Below, one piece after another: positions 1 to 9,118 of a DNA stretch of 64,000 nucleotides. Each line of letters starts with the position of its first letter. Position 1 is the stretch's first letter. This DNA comes from Longimicrobiales bacterium (lineage in GTDB: Bacteria > Gemmatimonadota > Gemmatimonadetes > Longimicrobiales > Gaopeijiaceae): contig JAWLHJ010000003.1 of assembly GCA_041690395.1 (NCBI GenBank), forward strand, positions 256,001 through 320,000. The letters are read 5' to 3'. The translations under genes were made by a program, and so were the position numbers. The notes below the pieces were generated by a model. It ran no database searches, was not told where the DNA came from, and worked only from the letters and a program-made list of their open reading frames with translations.

Positions 1-149
1 TCATGATCTACGCGCTGACGTTCTGCCAGGCTTCAGGCATCGATCCCGCGGCGGCGGTGCGGTTCAAGCTGAAGAGGAACGCGGAGAAGTATCCGGTCGA
101 GCTGGCCAAGGGGAAGGCGGACAAGTACGACCAGCTGGGCGGGGCGTAG
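1..149 (+). CDS. MazG-like nucleotide pyrophosphohydrolase, 3' part (truncated by window)
   Basis: Manual translation ..MIYALTFCQASGIDPAAAVRFKLKRNAEKYPVELAKGKADKYDQL..*; the K-x-x-x-N-x-x-KYP..KG..KY tail is typical of dCTP pyrophosphatase/MazG-like proteins. Confidence 0.75.
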   Translation, partial: MIYALTFCQASGIDPAAAVRFKLKRNAEKYPVELAKGKADKYDQLGGA

Positions 150-203
150 GCCCGCCGAATCCGGCCGAAACACCAATATTGGCCGCATACGCGGCATTCC
201 TAA

Positions 204-277
204 TCGGGGCGCCCGGATTCGAACCGGGGACCCCCTGCTCCCAAAGCAGGTGCGCTACCGGACTGCGCCACGCCCCG
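204..277 (-). tRNA. tRNA-Pro (anticodon UGG), CCA not encoded
   Basis: Reverse complement CGGGGCGTGGCGCAGTCCGGTAGCGCACCTGCTTTGGGAGCAGGGGGTCCCCGGTTCGAATCCGGGCGCCCCGA folds as a cloverleaf; anticodon loop TT-TGG-GA; GTTCGAATC T-loop. Confidence 0.97.
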
Positions 278-412
278 AAACAACTGCCCGACCATCAGTT
301 ACGTGGCACGACAGGAAGTGCGCCTCGCAAGACTGTGCCAAAGATGGCGCAGAAACCCCTTCGGGCAAGGCCGCTTTCACGAGGTTTGAGCTCCATGGCG
401 TGCCGCCCTTCA

Positions 413-1912
413 TCACCCACCATTCCGCCGCCGCCTTACGTAGTCCGACACATGCTCGCCGTAGCGGGCGACGAAGGCCTCCATGTGGTCGCCTCCGCGG
501 ATCACCTTCCGGCACTCCGCCGCGCCGCATGCACACGCGAAGTCGGGCATCTCCTCGACCATGAAGGTCGCGTAGTCCATGGTGACCTCCTCGCCGGGGG
601 CGATCGGGCGGCGGGCCACCAGGTCGAGTCCTTCCAGCCACGCGTTGGGGTCGCACCCGTGGTTGAGAGGCCTCCACTCCCCGGGCTCCTCGCTCCACAT
701 CACCCAGATCTCGTCGGATAGGGGGTAGGCGTAGCGGCGGAACCAGTCGAGGCGGCGGTCGTCCCAGGTCCGCTCCACACGGCTTCGCGACACGAGGGTG
801 TGGGGCCGTTCCTCGAAGCGGAGGACGGTGTCGCCCGCCTCCAGCCGGCGGGTGGCGAAGACGCCGTGGTCCCCGGCGGGACGGGGCCGGACCTCCCAGG
901 GTCGGCTCCGCCGCTCCCGGCGGGCGAGCGCGGCCCGTACCGCGCGGCGGGCAAAGCCGGAGTGGCCGTCCGGGTCCTCCATCAGGATGAGGTCGGCGCT
1001 GGCGGGGGCGTGCACCGGATAGAAGACCCCGCAGTTGGGGTTGATCTCGAGCATCATGCAGCGCCCGTCCGCGTCGATGCGTAAGTCGCATCGGCCGTAT
1101 CCGGCCCCCCTGAGCCCGACGAAGAAGCGGCTCGAAACGTCCCGGAGGCGGCTCGCCAGAGCCTCGTCCCGGACGGGTTCAGCGTGAAGACCCGCGAAAT
1201 CCACCCACTTCAGGTCATAGTGCTTGAACGTCTCGCCCGGGGGGAAGTTGTAGCGGACAGGTGTGTAGCTCTTCGGCGTGGAGGGATCGTCGGGGTCCTC
1301 GGAAACCAGGACGGTCGCCTCTTCGCCTTCGATGAACTCCTCGATGAGGGCGCTCCCGTAGGCGTCGGCCATCTCCCTCACGCGGTCGGCAAGGTCGATG
1401 GCCGATTCGACCCGAGAGGCGGGCGTAAGGCCGGTGCTCGCGTAGCTGCTCGGGTGCTTCACGATGAGAGGGAAACGGAGCATCTCCACGGCCTGCTCCA
1501 CGTCGGCGTCGGAAGTAGCGAACAGGTAGCCGGGGGTGTCGATGTCCCACGCCCGGCAGACCCGCTTCATCTCCTCACGGGAAGGCTCGAAGAAGGTCGA
1601 GTCGGCGCCCGTGAAGGCCTGGTCGAGCTGCTCCAGGGTGCGGACGACCTCGATTCCCGGTCGGCCCTCGTCCCAGGCGCCGTCGCAGAGGTTGAAGAAG
1701 ACGTCGACGCCCCGCCGGCTCAGCTCCGTGACTCTGGCAACGGCGTCCTGCTTCGTCAGGAGCGCCGTCTTCCACTCCGCTTCAGGGACGTAAGGACGCG
1801 GGTCGCACGGCCAGTCGCCCTCCGGGAACGGGTCCTGCTCCAGGTCCTGGTCGGTCAGCAGACAGATCTGGAGCCCCTCGAGGGAGAGCTCCGAAGGAGG
1901 CGGTGGGGTCAC
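413..1912 (-). CDS. D-Ala-D-Ala ligase-like ATP-grasp domain fused to C-terminal SET/post-SET domain
   Basis: ATP-grasp motifs FPLIVK, LIEEFIEGEE, YGRCDLR, LEINPN; SET motifs GVFATR, LNHGCDPN, GEEVTMDY, post-SET CACGAAEC. Confidence 0.85.
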   Translation of the reverse strand: MTPPPPSELSLEGLQICLLTDQDLEQDPFPEGDWPCDPRPYVPEAEWKTALLTKQDAVARVTELSRRGVDVFFNLCDGAWDEGRPGIEVVRTLEQLDQAFTGADSTFFEPSREEMKRVCRAWDIDTPGYLFATSDADVEQAVEMLRFPLIVKHPSSYASTGLTPASRVESAIDLADRVREMADAYGSALIEEFIEGEEATVLVSEDPDDPSTPKSYTPVRYNFPPGETFKHYDLKWVDFAGLHAEPVRDEALASRLRDVSSRFFVGLRGAGYGRCDLRIDADGRCMMLEINPNCGVFYPVHAPASADLILMEDPDGHSGFARRAVRAALARRERRSRPWEVRPRPAGDHGVFATRRLEAGDTVLRFEERPHTLVSRSRVERTWDDRRLDWFRRYAYPLSDEIWVMWSEEPGEWRPLNHGCDPNAWLEGLDLVARRPIAPGEEVTMDYATFMVEEMPDFACACGAAECRKVIRGGDHMEAFVARYGEHVSDYVRRRRNGG

Positions 1913-2508
1913 TGCTACTGGCTCACATCAGCAAGGTTTCGCATGGCTTCCTCCCAGAGTCCGCAAGTCATGCAACCTAGTCAGGTGACATCCATTTTCC
2001 GATCGCCACATCCTGACGGTCGGCTCGAACACGGCCCGGGTCAGTCGTGTGAAAGGGTGTAGGTTAGTCCAACTCGAGGCACCACCGGATGCCGCGCACC
2101 TCCTCTGCCTGTGGGTGATGACGGCGCGTATGCTCTGCTTTGACAACGCCTTCGGGACGGGGCATCGTGGGTCGAGGCCATTGGAGTCGCTCCCGGTGTC
2201 CCCGCGCGCAGATGAGTCGCCATCCTCCGGGTGGCATCACCATAGATACGACGACCGTGTTCTCCCGCCATCGCGAGGAGCCCGTCGATGTCGCATCTCA
2301 CGCGTAGAGCGCCACCCCCGCGGAGCTGATCGCCGATGTCTTCGATCCCGTGGCCAACACGAGCCCCTTCAACCACTCCCACTTCCAGGCGCAGGCGGCA
2401 CCCGTCCGGATCCAGCCCGAGGGGAGCTAACCAAGTTCGCGGCACTCCGAGGCCATGTGCGGCACCGCCCCGGGGCCAATCCATCACCACTGCACCAAGG
2501 AGGTCACG

Positions 2509-2997
2509 ATGCCAGGAATCAACCGGATCCCACTGCTTCCCGTGCTCCTCGTCCTCACGGCGGGCTGCCAAGCGCCACCCGACGCGGGAGGGCCGATCGC
2601 CACCCGGACGACCTCGGAGGTGGAGGCCGACCTGGACGCGATGACGAGCGCCTGGGTCGCGATGGCGAATGCCGACGATGCCGCCGGCGTGGCCGCGCTC
2701 TACCTGGACGACGCCCTCTACGTCGATCCGGCCGGCGAAGTCTACGATGGTCGGGATCAGATCCAGGCCTATCTCGAGGAGACGTTTTCCCAGGCATCCG
2801 GCCTGGAGTCCGAGCGCCTGGGCCACATGAGCGATGGCGACCTGGTGGTCCACCACGGCAGATATTCGACTCAGGTGATGGACGAGGCTTCGACGGAAGG
2901 CGTCGTCACGAACACCGGCCGCTGGGTCATCGTGTCCGAGTATCAGCCGGACGGCTCGCTGAGAATCCGATTGCATCAGAACACGTGGACGAATTGA
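2509..2997 (+). CDS. SnoaL/DUF4440-like (NTF2 fold) lipoprotein
   Basis: AAGGAGG RBS before ATG 2509; lipobox LTAGC; DAAGVAALYLDDA..GRDQI and C-terminal Q-PDGS-RI pattern. Confidence 0.75.
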   Translation: MPGINRIPLLPVLLVLTAGCQAPPDAGGPIATRTTSEVEADLDAMTSAWVAMANADDAAGVAALYLDDALYVDPAGEVYDGRDQIQAYLEETFSQASGLESERLGHMSDGDLVVHHGRYSTQVMDEASTEGVVTNTGRWVIVSEYQPDGSLRIRLHQNTWTN

Positions 2998-3021
2998 TGG
3001 CGGCCTGAGATCCGTTCGAGA

Positions 3022-3891
3022 GTGGACCCGGGATCTCCGTCGTCCGACCACCCAGCGCCGAACGACGGACTCTATCCGCCCATCGAGCCCCATGCCCACG
3101 GCCGCCTGGACGTCGGCGGAGGACACGAGATCTACTGGGAGAGTTCCGGCAACCCGGCGGGCAAGCCGGCCACCTTCCTCCACGGTGGACCGGGAATGCC
3201 CGTGCGGAACTGGGCGAGGCGCCTCTTCGATCCTGCGCGCTACCGCATCATCGTCACGCACCAGCGCAACTGCGGGAAAAGCAGGCCGCACGCCTCGGAG
3301 CCGAGGGTCGACCTCACGGAGAACACGACCCGCCATCTCCTCGAAGACCTCGAGCGTATTCGCCGCCACCTGGCCATCGATCGATGGATGGTGGTGGGGG
3401 CCTCGTGGGGCAGCACCCTCGCCCTGGCGCACGCGCAGGAGCACCCGGAGCGGGTCACGGAGCTCGTCCTGTTCGGTGTCTTCACCGGAGCCCACGCGGA
3501 GTTCGACCGGGTCCTCCGCGGCGGGTTGGCGCGCCAGTACCCGGACCAGTGGCGGCGCCTCAAAGAGGCGGTCCTGGGCGACGCGCAACCGGACGCGGAC
3601 GTAGTGGACGCTGCGCACCGACTACTCTTCGACCCGGACCCCGCCGTTCAGGCGCGGGTGGCGTACGAATGGTGGGCCTGCCTGCTGCGAAACGTTCCCG
3701 CGGTGTTGATCGCAGGGCGCCACGACCCTCAGACCCCGCCCTCGAACGCGGAAGAGCTCGCCGAGCACATGCCACACGCCCGAGTACGTATCGTCGAGGA
3801 CGCGGGGCACGGATCGTCGAGCTCCGCCTACCTCGCCGAGATCGTGCGCGCGACCGACGGGTTCGCGCACGATCCCGGGCGGGACCGCTGA
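3022..3891 (+). CDS. Proline iminopeptidase-like alpha/beta hydrolase, apparently with an internal in-frame deletion
   Basis: LYPPIEP, IYWESSGNPAGKP, LHGGPG, QRNCGKSRP, GASWG nucleophile, GRHD, DAGH. Confidence 0.8.
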   Translation: MDPGSPSSDHPAPNDGLYPPIEPHAHGRLDVGGGHEIYWESSGNPAGKPATFLHGGPGMPVRNWARRLFDPARYRIIVTHQRNCGKSRPHASEPRVDLTENTTRHLLEDLERIRRHLAIDRWMVVGASWGSTLALAHAQEHPERVTELVLFGVFTGAHAEFDRVLRGGLARQYPDQWRRLKEAVLGDAQPDADVVDAAHRLLFDPDPAVQARVAYEWWACLLRNVPAVLIAGRHDPQTPPSNAEELAEHMPHARVRIVEDAGHGSSSSAYLAEIVRATDGFAHDPGRDR

Positions 3892-4081
3892 GGTCTTGGG
3901 CGTAAGCGACCCGAGTAGCTCCTCGAGCACGAGCGATTCCTTCGGCGGGAGGCGTGAGCGTCGACACGCCGGGCGCCAGGATGTCGTCCAACGCACACCT
4001 CCCGCGCATCCCCCCATGGGCGAGGCCGCATCCGGCTTCTTCGACGGACCCGCTGATCAACCTCCCATGGAGAATCGAACC

Positions 4082-4627
4082 ATGAGTCGCTCGACTTTCA
4101 GAATTGCCCCCATAGCCCTGTTCCTCGCATTGATGTCTGCCTGCGACGGCACCCCAACGGAGCCCGTCACGACCCTCGCCCCTGAGGTCGAAGCCCAATT
4201 CGCGAAAGGGGGCACGGACCGCCAGGTGATGGAAACGGTCTTCGACCTTACCGGCGCGCTCGTCTCGTTCTCCTGCGACGATGCTACCCATAGCGAACTC
4301 ATTCGCCTCGATGGGTCGGTCCAGGAACGTTGGGCCATCAACTTCACGCCATCCGGCGTGATGCACGTCAATCTCAATACCAAGGCGATCGGACTCAGCG
4401 GCACGGGCGTGGAGACCGGCGACCACTACCAGGTCGAGGAAGGCGAGCAGGGCGTCTTCCACGAGACGTCCATGCGAAGCGGCGGCTCGATCCGGCGGTT
4501 CATCGGTCTGCGCAACACGCGAACCGGCGACTTTCTCGAAGTCGTCGATCGGTTCCACGTGAGCATGAACGCCAACGGCGAGATCGTCGTCGAGCGGGAC
4601 TCGCGGGAAGTGAGCTGTCAGCTCTGA
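4082..4627 (+). CDS. Hypothetical lipoprotein
   Basis: GGAG RBS; signal peptide ending LMSAC; beta-rich mature region. Confidence 0.65.
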   Translation: MSRSTFRIAPIALFLALMSACDGTPTEPVTTLAPEVEAQFAKGGTDRQVMETVFDLTGALVSFSCDDATHSELIRLDGSVQERWAINFTPSGVMHVNLNTKAIGLSGTGVETGDHYQVEEGEQGVFHETSMRSGGSIRRFIGLRNTRTGDFLEVVDRFHVSMNANGEIVVERDSREVSCQL

Positions 4628-4643
4628 CGACAGCCTGGCTGGG

Positions 4644-4676
4644 GATCCCGCATCACGTCGTATGTGATGCGGGATC
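4644..4676. terminator. Hairpin between convergent genes (likely bidirectional terminator)
   Basis: Perfect 13-bp inverted repeat GATCCCGCATCAC-7nt-GTGATGCGGGATC. Confidence 0.6.
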
Positions 4677-4711
4677 GCTCGCCTGAGCGTGGTACCCGCC
4701 TACCCGGCCCC

Positions 4712-5752
4712 TCACCTCCCCCGCGAGTCTCCCACCGCCCGGAAGTACTCCCGGAGGTTGGACGGCCGATACGAGGGGTCTTCGTCCCATCGTCGAATGG
4801 CCGAGGGGTGCACCGTCTGTGATCGGTCCGGGCGAATGGGGCGCTCGTGGCGGGGCGCCAGCCGGTACACGCCCACTCTGGAATCGTGGGCCTTCCCGGT
4901 CGGCTCACCCTCCAACGGCCGCGCCGCGACGACCCCCGGGTCGAAATGGAGACCCGCCATCTCCGCGTTGTCCATCATCCACTGGAGCGTGATGTCCGAC
5001 AGGCCGTTGTCGACGTATCCGCCCCCGACGTCGCTGTGCACGCCGGGGAACCAGGTCTGGGAGACGAGCTGACGGGGCTTGGGCTTCTCGATCCAGAGCG
5101 TCGGCTCGAACGGCCCGCGGCGCTCGTCGATGGCGAGGGCGTGGAAGGCGTATTCCACGATGCCACTCAGCTCGCAGTCGTGGAAATCCTGGTTCCTCCG
5201 CGTGAGCCAGCGGAGTCCGGTGAGGGGGATGCCGAGGGCCCCCACGGTGTCCCAGACGCCGATGCACCGGATCGGGATCGACTCGGAGCCGCAGCACGAA
5301 TAGCTCGCGCGGAAGCTGGCGGGCTCGTCGTCGTCCGGGTGGGTCCCGGGGTCCTGGTACAGCTTCAGCGCATCGACGTACAGGCCGACATGCTTCCGGT
5401 CGAGAACCCCGCACTTGCGGATCATGCCGCCCAGGCTCCGGGCGGTGTAGGCACCCCGGCTGAACCCGAAGAGGTAGATCTCGTCGCCCGGCTCGTAGTT
5501 GGCGAGGAGGAACCGGTAGGCGTCGAAGATGTTGTCGCTCAACCCCCCGCCGAATGCCCCGCCGGTGAAGCGATCGAGGACGTTGCCGGTGCCGACGCCC
5601 TGATCGTAGAACACGATCTGCGACACCCCGTCCGGGTCACGCTTGGCGACACGGTACGCCAGCTTGACCACGTTCGTCGGGCAGAGTGTCCCGTTCTTCT
5701 GCTGGTCGGCCCGGTTCCAGGTCCCGTCGCAGCAGATGACGAGGCGCTTCAT
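4712..5752 (-). CDS. DUF2235 (Tle1-like alpha/beta hydrolase) domain protein
   Basis: MKRLVICCDGTWN, TNVVKL, YDQGVGT, FGFSRGAYTAR, GVWDTVG, HALAIDERR, WFPGVHSDVGGGY. Confidence 0.92.
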   Translation of the reverse strand: MKRLVICCDGTWNRADQQKNGTLCPTNVVKLAYRVAKRDPDGVSQIVFYDQGVGTGNVLDRFTGGAFGGGLSDNIFDAYRFLLANYEPGDEIYLFGFSRGAYTARSLGGMIRKCGVLDRKHVGLYVDALKLYQDPGTHPDDDEPASFRASYSCCGSESIPIRCIGVWDTVGALGIPLTGLRWLTRRNQDFHDCELSGIVEYAFHALAIDERRGPFEPTLWIEKPKPRQLVSQTWFPGVHSDVGGGYVDNGLSDITLQWMMDNAEMAGLHFDPGVVAARPLEGEPTGKAHDSRVGVYRLAPRHERPIRPDRSQTVHPSAIRRWDEDPSYRPSNLREYFRAVGDSRGR

Positions 5753-5971
5753 GCCACGGTCAGCGTATATTCATCCATACCCGCAACATATCCGACTCAC
5801 GGTCGGTTGGACACGGCGGAAACATCCGCGCCCTGCCGCGAGCCCCCACTCGAGAACCGACGACTGGGGGCGCCCTGGTACCCGGGGCGCTCCGGAGCAT
5901 AGCGCGCGGCTCCTCTCGTCGCGATGTTCGAGCGACGAGCCAATCCAGCGGCCGGCCGGCCAGGAGGAACG

Positions 5972-6379
5972 ATGAGCGGAATGAGCGATCGTCCCAGGCA
6001 GACATCCGGCCTCCGTCACGTGGCCCTGAGAGTCCGAACCTTCGAGGCATGTCTCGCGTTCTACACCGAGCTTCTTGGTATGGACGTCGAGTGGCAGCCG
6101 GACGAGGACAGCGTCTTTCTGACCAGCGGAAACGACAACCTCGCCCTGGTTCGATCGTCGGGCCCGGCCGCGACGGAGGGCCAGCGCCTGGATCACATCG
6201 GCTTCATGATCGAGACGCCGGACGATGTCGATGTGTGGCACGAACGACTGCGCGCTGCCGGCGTGCGGATCGTGAAGCCTCCGAAGTCCCACAGGGATGG
6301 AGCCAGAAGCTTCTTCTGTGAGGATCCGGACGGAACGCCGATCCAGATCATCTTCCATCCGCCGTTGGCCCTCGGGTGA
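5972..6379 (+). CDS. VOC/glyoxalase family protein
   Basis: AGGAGG RBS; LRHVAL, FYTELLGM, LDHIGF, SFFCEDPDG. Confidence 0.88.
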   Translation: MSGMSDRPRQTSGLRHVALRVRTFEACLAFYTELLGMDVEWQPDEDSVFLTSGNDNLALVRSSGPAATEGQRLDHIGFMIETPDDVDVWHERLRAAGVRIVKPPKSHRDGARSFFCEDPDGTPIQIIFHPPLALG

Positions 6380-6407
6380 ACGCGGGGCCGGCGTGCGGCC
6401 GAGCTCC

Positions 6408-7832
6408 CTACGCGGGCACCCGCAGGCCGGGCTCCGCGCACTCCGCCAGGTCGCCCTGCCTCCCACCTGGACTCTCGATCCGCCGGCTGAGGTCACGAAG
6501 CGCGGTCCGCAGGCCCTCCTCCAGCACGGGGTGGTAGAACGGCATCCCGAGGAGCTCGTGGACCGTCAGCTCCCGGTGCATGGCCAGAGCGAGGAGGTGC
6601 GCGAGGTGTTCGGCGTCGGGGACGCACATCTCCGAGCCGGTGAGCCTCCCGGACGCCTTGTCGGCGTAGACCCGGAGGACACCTTCCGCCCGCTCGGCCG
6701 TCCTGGCCCGAGGCTGGCGGCTGAAATCCGCCGCGCCCACGACCGTGCTCTCGGGGTCCAGGTCGGCCCAGGACGATCCTACGCGGGCCACCCCGGGCGA
6801 AGAGAAGACCACGGCGAGGCCGGTCCGGCGGCAGTAGCCGGAGACGTGCTCCGCCGTCGCGTTCCTCCCGGCGATGTGGCCCTCGTCGGCGGCCTCGTGC
6901 AGGATCGCCAGGTATCCGTTCGCGTCGCCCACGAGCCAGACCGGGAGATCTCCGACCTGGAGCGTCGTGGGATCGACGGGGGGCAGGCCTCTGTCGTCCA
7001 ACGGGACTCCGAGCGTATCCAAACCGAGATCGTCGACGTTCGGACGGCGGCCCAGCGCCGCCAGCACGGCGTCCGCGGTGAAGCTCCCGGCCTCGCTCCG
7101 GACCACGATGCGACCGTCCTCGCCCTCGGAGAGCTCCGCCGGCGATCCGAGATACACCGGGAACTCGCGTTCCAGTGCCTCTCCGAGGGCAGAGGTCACC
7201 TCCGGATCCGACAGACCGGCGATGCCCTCGACCGCGTCGAACCCCGCCACGCCCACACCGAGCCGCGAGAGCGCCTGCGCCATCTCCACACCGATGGCGC
7301 CGAGTCCCACGACCGCGACCCGACCCGGGAGGTCGTTCTGCTCGAAGAGGGTATCAGTGGTGAGGATCCGGTCTCCGAACCGCTCCCATGCCCCCGGGAC
7401 CACGGGACGGCTCCCCGGTGCGAGGATGATGCGGCGAGCCTCGATCTCACGGCTTCCGACGACGACGACGCCCGGTCCCTTGAGCCGCGCACGGCCACTG
7501 ATGGCCCGATCGCCCAACTCGCCGGGGACGGCCCGGGGTCCCTCGGTGAAGCCGTCCCGGAGTCGGCGCACACGGGCAAGCGCGGCGGGAATGTCCATGG
7601 TAAGGCCCTCGGCCCCTCCGATGCCGAAGGCCTCGAACGCGCCCCTGCGATGGTAGGCATTGGCGATCTCGATGAGAGCCTTGGACGGCATGCACCCGCG
7701 CGCCGCGCACGTCGTGCCCCAATCCCCCTCATTGACGACCAGGAAGTCGTCCGTGGCCCGGCGCACCTCACGGAGCGCCGACAGCCCGGCCGTGCCCGAT
7801 CCGACGATGACGACTTCCACCTGCTCCGGCAT
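6408..7832 (-). CDS. Dihydrolipoyl dehydrogenase-like pyridine nucleotide-disulfide oxidoreductase
   Basis: GSGTAG FAD motif, GTTCAARGCMPSK redox disulfide, GLGAIGVE, C-terminal YHPVLEE. Confidence 0.88.
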   Translation of the reverse strand: MPEQVEVVIVGSGTAGLSALREVRRATDDFLVVNEGDWGTTCAARGCMPSKALIEIANAYHRRGAFEAFGIGGAEGLTMDIPAALARVRRLRDGFTEGPRAVPGELGDRAISGRARLKGPGVVVVGSREIEARRIILAPGSRPVVPGAWERFGDRILTTDTLFEQNDLPGRVAVVGLGAIGVEMAQALSRLGVGVAGFDAVEGIAGLSDPEVTSALGEALEREFPVYLGSPAELSEGEDGRIVVRSEAGSFTADAVLAALGRRPNVDDLGLDTLGVPLDDRGLPPVDPTTLQVGDLPVWLVGDANGYLAILHEAADEGHIAGRNATAEHVSGYCRRTGLAVVFSSPGVARVGSSWADLDPESTVVGAADFSRQPRARTAERAEGVLRVYADKASGRLTGSEMCVPDAEHLAHLLALAMHRELTVHELLGMPFYHPVLEEGLRTALRDLSRRIESPGGRQGDLAECAEPGLRVPA

Positions 7833-7876
7833 GTTGCGGACCTCCTCTTTCGGGGGCGTCGATGCGGGCCGCCGAC

Positions 7877-8419
7877 TCAGGGCGAATCCGGGTAATGCTC
7901 GAAGATCTTCGCCACGGCCTCGTTGATCCGCTCAGCCATGATCTCCGGATTCACCATGGCCGCGGAGATGTCGAACTGCGCCCACCCGCGCCAGAGGACC
8001 TCGCGGGTCTCGGCGTCGGCGATGTCGACCAGGAGCGTGCCCTGGTCGTACTGCACGACCTGCGTGCCTTCCCCGTACTCGGAGGTGGTGTACCCCGCCT
8101 CCCGGTCGGCCTCATAGACCTCCACGTGGTCGCGCACGGTCGCATGGTGGTGGACCACCAGGCCGGCGCCCGAATCCGCGGGCCTCAGCCCACGCGTATT
8201 CAACTCCCGCTCGATCGCATCGTGGAGCCTGGCCTCGAAGAAGGGATTGTTCTCAAGCCGTGGGTCACCCACGGGGCGGGTGTCCGGCTCATCCCAGGTG
8301 AAGGTGGCGAAGGAGCCGAGATCCACTCCGGGAACGAAGTCCGCCCCGGCTCGGATGCTCGGCGAGCAGGCGCCCGCGAGGGTGATCAGTGCCAGCGCAC
8401 CCATTGCCGTAGTCTTCAT
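7877..8419 (-). CDS. DUF4136 domain lipoprotein
   Basis: Lipobox LAGAC; YDQGTLLVDIADAETREVLWRG; INEAVAKIFEHYP. Confidence 0.85.
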   Translation of the reverse strand: MKTTAMGALALITLAGACSPSIRAGADFVPGVDLGSFATFTWDEPDTRPVGDPRLENNPFFEARLHDAIERELNTRGLRPADSGAGLVVHHHATVRDHVEVYEADREAGYTTSEYGEGTQVVQYDQGTLLVDIADAETREVLWRGWAQFDISAAMVNPEIMAERINEAVAKIFEHYPDSP

Positions 8420-8583
8420 GATTTCGCTGCCTCGGTCTGTATTCGGTTGAACCTGCATCCAAGCTAGGAGGTTGCCGGGCGGTCCGGAGTCGGGAATTTC
8501 CCGTCGTTCACGGTGGGGAGGCTCACGCGTAGATTCCCTGGTGTGCCGTCCCCACAATCCGCAGCCTCCCGCAGGACAGATGG

Positions 8584-9108
8584 ATGCCCAACCAGAGCTC
8601 GATGAGGCGAGGCGCTTGGGCTGCGGTGCTCGTGGGGACCCTCGGATGCGCAGTGCAGTCCGACGGGCCCACCCCACCCGCCGACATGGAGGCATGCCGG
8701 GTGACGAGAGTCGTCGATGGGGACTCCCTCGAGTGCGATCCCGTCGGACGCATTCGCCTTCTCGGCATCGATGCGCCCGAGCTCGCCCAGCAGCCGTTCG
8801 GCGCGACGTCCCTGGAGGCGCTCGAGCGCATGATCCCCGAGGGCAGTCGAGTTTGGCTCGAGGAGGACGTCGAGCCTCGTGACCGGTACGGGCGGGCGCT
8901 TCGGTACGTATGGGCCGGTGACGAGATGGTGAATTGGGCCATGGTCAGGGGCGGCTACGCGGTGCTCCTTACCTACCCTCCGAACGTGCGGCACGTCGAA
9001 TCGCTCCAGGCAGCGCAGGACGCGGCGCGGAGCGATCGGTCTGGGCTGTGGGCCACCGACGGCTTCGAGTGCACGCCCCGGGACTTTCGTAGAGACGCCT
9101 GCCGGTGA
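8584..9108 (+). CDS. Thermonuclease (SNase) family lipoprotein
   Basis: VTRVVDGDS, RIRLLGIDAPE, DRYGRALRYV, GLW; lipobox TLGC; start may be 8602. Confidence 0.9.
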   Translation: MPNQSSMRRGAWAAVLVGTLGCAVQSDGPTPPADMEACRVTRVVDGDSLECDPVGRIRLLGIDAPELAQQPFGATSLEALERMIPEGSRVWLEEDVEPRDRYGRALRYVWAGDEMVNWAMVRGGYAVLLTYPPNVRHVESLQAAQDAARSDRSGLWATDGFECTPRDFRRDACR

Positions 9109-9118
9109 GGAGGGGACG

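Noticed and set aside
1915..1995. Tiny selenoprotein MDVT-UGA-LGCMTC (UxxC) on the minus strand
   Set aside because: Very short, no recognisable fold, RBS or SECIS; likely chance
4712..5752. T6SS effector-immunity locus
   Set aside because: The DUF2235 gene stands alone, with no vgrG/PAAR/immunity neighbour
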